A stretch of 64,000 nucleotides of DNA from Bigelowiella natans CCMP2755 (lineage: Eukaryota > Protista > Cercozoa): positions 1 through 64,000 of the forward strand of contig ADNK01003121.1 of assembly GCA_000320545.1 (NCBI GenBank), written 5' to 3'. This document shows, one piece after another, positions 55,639-64,000 of the stretch; the first letter of the stretch is position 1; every line of letters starts with the position of its first letter. The position numbers were made by a program, and so were the translations under genes. Under the pieces are notes generated by a model. That model ran no database searches and was not told the DNA's origin. It saw only the letters and a list, made by a program, of their open reading frames with translations.

Positions 55639-55973
55639 GCACGCTCCCTGTCCGCTGCCTCGACAAAAGTTTCAGCAGTTCTATATCGTACTACTCCAAA
55701 TTTGATACAGAATCGTACTGTGGGGAGGAAGCACTCAATCTGATCGCTGAGTGAATCAAGGCAGGTGGCGTGGAAATGCGATTCAAACAACAATTATACT
55801 CCTAGCAAACAACAGTTTTTATTTTCTTGTCGCATTTCATATCTCTCCTTTGCTTTCGACTTCATTGTCCACAATTGCACAATCTCCAAGAATCTCTCGA
55901 GGTACGGCAGCATCTCCCAGGATCTCAGATTCGACCGTTGATAACACAGCGTACTACCCTGCAAATCAACGTG

Positions 55974-56785
55974 ATGGGAGAGGCACTGTCGAAAGAAGAG
56001 CCCCTCAATGCTAAGCAGGTGAAAATCTTGTTCCCTAGATCTCTGGCCATGTCCTATTCATCTTTGTCCAAGCTAATATGTATGTTGCCAATAGGCTGCG
56101 GTTATTGCAAGGCGAGTTGGCGAGTTCTTTACAATCTGTGCCGATAAGCTAGGTTCTGCTTGAGTTTTTACAAGGAAATATCAGCTGCTGACGTGTTTTT
56201 TTAATTATCTTAGAAGATAAACCGAAAAAAAAGGGTTCCTCTTCATCTGGAAAGCGCACGCCAAATCCATATCAAGTTTTTCTAAAAGAGTCGTTTGCTA
56301 AAAGTTCTGGGAAGGGGGAAGCTTTCTCGGTCAGAAAATAATTGGTTAAAAGAATGCATGAACTATATCTTGAAGCTTCCTACAAATTAGGATCGTTCCA
56401 AAGCTATTAGCAAAAAATGGAAAGGCATGACAGAGGAAGACAGAGCTCCTTACGTGAAGAGAGCACAAGAACTTAAAGAGGAAAAGAAGGAACAGAATAA
56501 AAAAGAAAGTGCGGAAAGTGAAAAAGAGGTTAGTATCTTTACACTATACGTTGCCTCTCAGACTGTAATATCCTAATTTTCCAAAGAAAACCTCGCCACC
56601 TATCAAGACCCCTGATAGCAAAAAGAAAAAGAAACGCAAAAGGGATGAAAAGGGAAAATCAAGTAATGAAAATATAGAATTTACCATATTTTCTCATTGT
56701 TTATACTAACTTGGACACTATTTCTCCAGCGAAAAAGAAGAAGAAAAAGAAAAAAAAGGAAAAAAATTTGTCTGAGGACGTCTAG
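55974..56785 (+). CDS. HMG-box protein with Lys-rich tail
   Basis: Exons read MGEALSKEEPLNAKQ, ...FFLKE...AFS|DRSKAISKKWKGMTEEDRAPYVKRAQELKEE (HMG-box helices 2-3) and KKKKKKKKKEKNLSEDV*. Confidence 0.75.
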
Positions 56786-57044
56786 AATAATTAATTTGTC
56801 TGAAGACGTTTAGAAGTATGCTGGGTATGAGGAAACGTAGCCTATTGCATCCAGGTCAAGCGAGCAATAGTTGCCCGCTCCACCACCGACAATTGCCAAG
56901 GATAATTTATGATGATAAAGGGATTGAGTCATTGATTTAACCACATGTTGTACACTAAGTTGAAACAGAATTTTTAAAATCATACAACGCCGTATGTCTG
57001 ACGTAATGCATAATCTCACGTTTACGAGGAAATACATCTGTCTC

Positions 57045-57113
57045 GAAGACGGATGTGAGGAATGTACTAAATATTTTCAATGGTTATTCTAATGTAGCTG
57101 TGCAAAGCTGCGG
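57045..57113 (-). repeat. Left arm of ~70-bp inverted repeat
   Basis: Its reverse complement CCGCAGCTTTGCACAGCTACATTAGAATAACCATTGAAAATATTTAGTACATTCCTCACATCCGTCTTC aligns to 58576-58644. Confidence 0.85.
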
Positions 57114-57517
57114 TATATAGTATAGCTAACCAGACTAGCAGATATAGAGGACCTTATATTGAATATATACGCTACCATATGACCACAATGATGTTGCATC
57201 GCTATAGCTAGCCAGATTGCAATGAACGCCCATATCCATTAAGCATTCCGTACGCAATGGGATTGATTATATTGGTAGTAACTATGCTAGTTGGTTGCAT
57301 TTAGCTCTAGAGCTAGCTAGCTAACAAGTCTAGTTGTGATGATGATCGCGCGACGGTATCTAGACATATATGTACCTATGCAGGAGGAAGGATGCACACA
57401 AAAAACAAGCCTTGTGGAATATAACACTCAACCTACAAGGAAAAATAAAAAGAAAAGAATGTGGCAAATGTTTGGGCTTATGGTTTGACGAAAGATTAAC
57501 TTTCGAAAAGCAATTGC

Positions 57518-58428
57518 ATGGAAAAGGAGGAGATTCTTACTCAGGCTAGCAGGCTGTGCTCCACACGATCTCACATGCCGTTCAATGTGAGATTGAAGTT
57601 TTACAACACGTGGTTCACAGCCACAAGCAGACATGTCGCACCCACATGGAGGTCCAAAAAAAACCTCAAAATAAAGCAGCTAGATTCCATGGAATCACAA
57701 ACACTCAAAAGAGTGCTGGGATTACCAGGATCTATTGTGCTATTTCCAACGACACACCCCATGTACTAGCGGCAACGTTGCCACCGCGTCATCGAACACA
57801 AGTTCAATGTGCTAAGACATGGTTGCGAACCAATGCATGGGTGGAGGATGTTGATGGCAACGGACACGTGGTGGAAGAAGAAGTGCTCAATTGGAGCTCT
57901 TTCGGATGCCACGTTGAATCCTTGCTGGAACACAAATGGCACAACACAACTAGGTCGTGGAACAGAGTGTCCTTGTACCGACGACTCAGTTTGATCACGA
58001 CCAAATTGCTTGGAGCGGAACACCCCACAACACGTGCTGATGACAAGACACTGAAAAGGAAATTGAATGCACACAACAAACCGATCATGCGGAACGCGGC
58101 ATCCAACTTCAAAATGAACTGGAGCAAAGAGGGAACCAAGGCCATGCATTTGAAAAAACTTGACTTCATGCCTGGCCCTCGGACAACAGGAATCACATTG
58201 AAGCTACCAAGCATTGCCACATCATGGATGCGCGCCATTTGTGGTGTTGGCAACATTGGAACATTTCTGCTGTCCAGAGGACAACGCACAAAATTGGAAG
58301 CAACATGCGACACATGTAACACACTGCAAGACATGGACCACATTCTGCAATGCAGGAAATGCGGACCACAGAGACTCAGATTCAACAAACAACTGACGGC
58401 GATCATGGATCGCAATGATGAGACATGA
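57518..58428 (+). mobile_element. 5'-truncated, frameshifted non-LTR retrotransposon (LINE) ORF2 C-terminal fragment
   Basis: RT thumb-region pattern RLKFYNTW...APTW...KQLDSMESQTLKRVLGLP. A frameshift near 57730 is followed by a terminal CCHC knuckle, CDTCNTLQDMDHILQC...R. No introns. Confidence 0.75.
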
Positions 58429-58575
58429 ACCACGCGCCTCACAACCGCAGAAAAAACAAGTCGAGAAGCTGCGCGCAAAGCGCGACATGCTAGACCAAAA
58501 CATGATGCATTCACATGCATGCGCCATGCTAGCATGTGACCAAGGAAACAAACGGATGCAATTTAAGCGCTGTAG

Positions 58576-58644
58576 CCGCTGCATTGCACAGCTACATTAG
58601 GATGACCATTGAAAAAATTTAAACATTTCATTACATCCGTCTCA
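58576..58644 (+). repeat. Right arm of ~70-bp inverted repeat
   Basis: CCGCTGCATTGCACAGCTACATTAGGATGACCATTGAAAAAATTTAAACATTTCATTACATCCGTCTCA. Confidence 0.85.
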
Positions 58645-59022
58645 CCTATATAGGTCATTCTAGCATTGCATTTGTGTGTATACTACTGCTCTACTGCTAG
58701 ACATTATCATTTACTAGATCTAGAAATGTGCGCGAATGCAGCAGCACGCACTTCGTATCGCTAGATCGACCATCACAGATAAATAGAATGCGCCACGCTA
58801 TATATATGTGCATGACCGGAATATTAATGCACATGCTAGTTGCTAGGTTTAGAAATAATGTGTCTATGATGGTTATATCAAATAGCTTGCTATGCTTCCA
58901 TGGTGCAAGGCTGTAGTACGCAGCCTGCTGCTATGCATAGTGTACCATCCACCCCTAAGTCCTGATAATTTGCGAAGAAAACCCTGCATAGTACCTCTAG
59001 ATGTAATGCCGCCATTCAATAA

Positions 59023-60991
59023 TCAATCTTGGTCTTCTTCTTCGTCAACTATTACCCGTCTTCGCTTCCTTGCATGTGGCTTTTGTTTCTCACTCCCCTC
59101 AACAGAAGGAGGAGCCTCATCTTTACTACCCTCAGCTTCATTGATATTACCATCACCTACAGTTTCTTCGGCCGCTCTTTTCACACCTTGCTTCTGCCCT
59201 CCATCTTCTATCTCATCATCATCATCATCCTCATCATCAACATCCAGGCTCAGCGGTGCGTCGTCATCTTGCTCATCGTCATCAGCATCATCATTCCCCT
59301 TGCCTCCCTTTTTATCATCATCGGCACTGTTGTCGCTTGTCCCAACGATGTTGGTGGTAGCAGTGGTGGTGGCAGCAGTATTCGTGTTTAACGAATCCTC
59401 CATATGGTCGTCGTCATCATCATAGTCTTTTGGCCCTCTTTGTGTTGCCGCAATTTCTCCCCCTAACTCCTCCTCCTCCTCCTCCTCCTCCTCCTCCTCT
59501 TCGCCAAAGATCTGTGTCTCTCCAACAACTTCTTTCCCCTCATCATCATCATCATCAGCAGCATATTCTTCTTTGTCCATTTCCATCATTCCTTCTTCTT
59601 TCTCTTCGTTTCTATCATGATCAGCTTGTAAAGAAGAGCCACCTTGACCGTCTCCTTCATTGGTTGCGCTGAAGCTTTCATTTTTCTTCATCGGGACCTC
59701 TGTGCTACCATCCACTGAAGCATTAGCAGCAGCAGAAGTGCTATTGGGATTAGCGGTTTCTCCCCCCTCACCTTCTCCCCCTTCTTTTTCTTCTGCTGTG
59801 GCTGAGGCACCCGCAACTGCTGCTAGCTTCTCCTCCTCAAAACGCTTCATTTCGAGTTCGTATTGCTCCTCACGCCGCTTGCGCTCTGCCTCCCTGTCTT
59901 CTTTCTCCTTTTTGCTGCATCATCATCGTAGTGAATTGAATAAGACGAACCAGGCGTTAGAAAAAGGATCACAACAGTAGTAATCGATTAGCTCATCATT
60001 GTACCACATGCCACAATACACACAGTAACACAACAACAATAACACCTTCTCTCCTCTTCTGCCCGCTCTAGTTCTTGCGCTTTCCTCATCTGTAAGATTA
60101 TATGGTGATGCCATTAGTCAGTCACGTCGCTTATCAGCAGCCCTATCATTCTCCACTCAACGTGGGTGAGTAGGCTAAGGTAACATCATCATCATCATCA
60201 TCATCTTCATCATCATGTATAAAGAGAAGAAAAGTACAGCAAATAAAACAAATATGTATAATGTTTGTGTGTGTGTGTGTGTATGTGTGCGTGTGTGCTT
60301 TTGGTATATTGGGAATCAACAATAATATATCTTCATTCTAAGGTTATTTATTAAACTATAATTTTCTGCCTCCTTCTCTCCCTCCTCCTACAGTTGGACA
60401 CTGACCCCCCTCCATTTTCTCTTTCTCTCCCTCTCTCTATCTCTCTTTCTTTGTTTTAGTTATTACCGTTTCTTCTCGAATCTTCCTCGCTGCGTTCTCT
60501 TCCTCCTCTTTATCAGCCTAAAATGCATAGTAGACAGTAGGGTAGCCAACCAACCAAGTTAATAACATACGCTTTTCATCATCTTTTATGTACGATTGTG
60601 GTCGTTCGTTGATTATTCCGTTGATTGTATGTGAAACACCATCCTCCTCATCATCAGTATCAAATTCATAGAAACAGCTAGCTGCGCTGCTACCACAGAG
60701 AGCATAGTTAGTTGTTCATTCGTTGTTTTTAAACCTGCCATCTTTTCACTGTTTCAAGCCCTTTGATGCAGTAGTTGTAATGAGTCAAAGCTCTCTCTGC
60801 AAGGGCGCTGGGAGCTTCTTCCTTATCAGCCTCCTCGACGGTAGGAGCAGTAGTGTCCTTCGCTTCCCCCGAGGTTGCCTTTGCCGTTTCTGCTGCTGCT
60901 GCTGCGGCTGTGCATGTTGCGTGCACTTTGTGATATACATCAGCTGCTTGCTTGGTGACCTTGATCGCCCGTAACAACTACGCACCAGTAT

Positions 60992-61025
<34 letters not shown>

Positions 61026-61714
61026 CACACATTCGTCAGGAGGGGCAGTACTTGAAGGATGTGGATAATGATGACGATGATGATGATGACTAATATGCAA
61101 AGTGCGTATGTGAGTATAATAGTACCTCTTCCAGCGTGCAGTGATTATTGACCCTTCTAACTCCATCATGTTCCAATGCAATTCCTAGATTGTACCATAG
61201 CTGCGAGTTCCTTGGGGCCAAATGGAGGGCCTTAGTCAGTGCAGTCTTACATTCCTCTGTGTTCTCTGCAAGATAGTGTGCTTTGGCGATGTACAGATAC
61301 ATCTCCACACGGTTGAGAGAGTCTGGAAAAGAAACCAGAGCATGCTCGTACGATTGAACGGCGTTGGGATATTGCTTCAAATGGGTGTAGACGTGCCCCA
61401 AGTTGACCTAAAGATGGTGGTGGTGGTGATGGTGGTGGTGGTGACGGCAATGAACGATTATGATCATAATGATGATTAATATTATTTTGATCATGATAAC
61501 AATCAAGCTTGTGTTATTACAAATTAGATACTACATCATACCCATGCTGCTGGCATATCCTTTTCTGCATCTTGGACTTGTTTAAAGACCTTCTTTGCTG
61601 CCTCGACTTGCTTAAACAGAACCAGAGCAACTCCCATTCCTACCATAAAAGTATATCATCATTATCAATGCCAGGAGGAAGAGGAGGAGGAGGAGCATAG
61701 AAGGGGGGGGGGGG

Positions 61715-61761
<47 letters not shown>

Positions 61762-62097
61762 TGGCACGTTAAACGCATCCTCTGCTTGGTCAGGGTATGA
61801 ATGATTAGCAGCAATGGAATGAGGCACAAAATACGACAAATACCGTTGAATACATTCTACTTTTCATTGATAAATGCAAGCACACATTACATCCTATTTG
61901 TCCACTACCGTTGGCAGCATAGATGTTTTTCGGATCTCTTTCGATTGTGGTTTGGAAGATGTTGTGTGCCTTTTGGAACTTCTCCTTCTTTTCCTGAGAA
62001 GACACGTAGGCACGCATTGTTATGGGGATTAGGGACCCGACCATCAGCCCCCCCCCCACACATGTACTTACACGTGGATTACTACTCGCTACTCCTC

Positions 62098-62146
<49 letters not shown>

Positions 62147-62839
62147 GATGTGGTAGTAGTGAGACAAGGTGCAAAAAGGAATAGTAGGGAGAAAGAGCGA
62201 GGAAAAGAGCGAGGAGACAAGGGCACAGGAAGAAGAAGAAGAAGAAGAAGAAGAAGAAGAAGACTACTCTTTCCTACTTCTCTCTAAAACTAGTCATCAT
62301 GAGGTTATGGTAGGTATACGCTTTGAGTTAATCAGCACCACACTACCCCCCACCTTCTCTGTGCTTCCTTTTAGTGACGATCGGAAGTAAATGTCTGCAA
62401 GAGCTAGGTTTGCGTAGCAATCATTCTTCGATTTCTTCGAGGACTTGACGATATCTTGAAAACACTTCTCTGCTTTCTCAAGCTCGCCCATTTCGAGGTA
62501 TAAGTTTCCAAGCAGCGACAGAGCGTCCAAGTAGCTACTGCTTCTGCTGTTTGTGCCGGGTATCACCCTTTTTACTTTGTTCTCTATTGTCTCCAAAGCT
62601 TTTTTGAAGTGGTGCTCTGCATCCGTATACTCCATGGCCACCTTAGAAACGAAAAGGAAGAGGGAAGAGAAGAAGAAGTTGGTGCATATGCGGCGGGATT
62701 TATTACTCTGCTGGCACTTCGTCAGGGGGAAGGAACTATCTTTTGTTTATTCTATTAGTTGCATATTAACTCTCCAGCCGTTACGGGTGTTGTTGTCATT
62801 ATTATCGTTATTCTTCTGCCCATCCATCCATCCATCCAT

Positions 62840-62872
<33 letters not shown>

Positions 62873-64000
62873 TTACTACCTGCTTTACGCATCCGAGCCT
62901 TAAGTGGGCATCGATATACGATGGATACTTTGCGCTTATGTCTTTGTAAATCTTCTCCGCCTCTTCAAAGTCCCCGCTGCGTTCCGCAACTAGTGCGGTA
63001 TTGTATTGGATGCTTGCTAGTATTGGCGGTTGTGATGATGAAGAAGAAGACGATGAGGAAACAGCAGCCTCATCCTGCTCGATCTCCATCTGTTAGCAAA
63101 GAGCAGGGCAGTGTTAACTAGTATAAACATAAAAGTATACCATACAGCCTCGCAAATACCAACAGCAGCAGCAGTACCAGTACTTGTAGTAGTAGTACCA
63201 GGAATCATAGGAAAAACACAAAATTTTCCCCCTCCTCCTCCTCCTCCTCCTCAATTGCTAATCCCTTAACAATCACCACACCACAACAAACTACAACCTA
63301 TCATTGACCTGGTTCGTGGTATCATCTTTGCTGCTGCTGCTGGTACTTTTTGGCACATTCTTGGTATCACCGTCTGCATTGTTCTTAGGACCATCATTAG
63401 TGTTGCTCTGAAGCTGCTGCTGCAGAAGTTTTTCTCTGGCTTGCTTGAAGGCACTTTTTGCTACTTTCGATTTCCCAAGGAGATGCTTGAGAACTCCCAC
63501 GTTATTCCACAATTGATACGGAAGCTCTTGTTTTTTTTCAGTAAGCACTTTAATTGCCTTGTCATAGTGCTCTAAAGCCACAACCGGATTGATGCGCTCA
63601 TAGCTCTCTGCCAGCTCCACAAATAGGCTGGCATCGTTCGGAAAGTACTTGACAGCCTTGTGTAGCAGCTTTTGGCCTTCCTTGAACCGTCTCTTGCCAA
63701 GGTATAGAGAGCCAAGGATTCGCATTGCTTGGTGATTCTCAGGATGACCATGGAACACTGATTCCATGCACTTGATGGCCTCGTCTCTGCGACCTTTAAG
63801 TACATGAATTTGGCCAAGACCGAATTGGGCGAGGTAGTGTTTTGGGTTTTGCTCAACAGCTTTTGCATACAAACGACCGGCCTCTTTAATAAAATTCTGT
63901 TTCTGCGTTTGATCTTGCTCCTTTCCATTGTTTCCACCCCGTGCATGATAGCATCGGGCGATCTGATAGTAAGCTTCTGCACGCGTACGGGGGCTAGGTG
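59023..64000 (-). CDS. CTR9: PAF1-complex subunit CTR9 (TPR repeats, acidic tail), 3' part
   Basis: TPR exons read YLAQFGLGQIHV, LWNNVGVL, YPSYIDAHLRLG, DCYANLALADIY, DPKNIYAANG, DMPAW|VNLGHVY and HLAPRNSQLWYNLG. Long acidic C-terminus ending RKRRRVIVDEEEDQD*. Confidence 0.9.

Noticed and set aside
57781-58500. CpG methylation-deamination as the cause of TG/CA richness
   Set aside because: CpG remains frequent while TpA is the missing dinucleotide.
57766-58584. Long minus-strand ORFs (243, 127 and 120 aa) overlapping the LINE fragment
   Set aside because: Explained by TpA loss removing TAA/TAG stops; no protein motifs.
1-64000. Many short ORFs with poly-YI, CV, HT, SL or poly-L/S/M runs; also an alternative genetic code
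   Set aside because: The ORFs are translations of intronic microsatellites. The conserved genes assemble under the standard code with TAA, TAG and TGA all used as stops.

Overview
Intron-dense eukaryotic nuclear DNA (GT-AG introns, many with a microsatellite), probably from an alga with a complex plastid. This is inferred from signal-peptide plus transit-peptide leaders; a chlorarachniophyte-like host is plausible but unproven. I assembled the gene models by hand from exons, so boundaries are approximate. From left to right the window holds: the 3' part of a SAM-domain, FG/WG-repeat gene; a head-to-head transaldolase (-) and glucose-6-phosphate isomerase (+) pair; a long SH3 + RapGAP-like gene (-); an SR/SP-rich gene; an EF-hand gene; an uncharacterised multi-exon gene; an orphan Roco-C-terminal-like exon ending in CaaX; a secreted Reeler/DUF642-like/Cys-rich gene; an unknown gene (-); CMTR1; MCU head-to-head with an HMG-box gene; a decayed non-LTR retrotransposon fragment bracketed by ~70-bp inverted repeats; and the 3' part of CTR9. 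The most unusual signal is local loss of TpA (apparent TA->TG/CA conversion, with CpG kept and CTAG spared) in the retroelement and some intergenic tracts. This suggests a repeat-targeted A-to-G hypermutation process.
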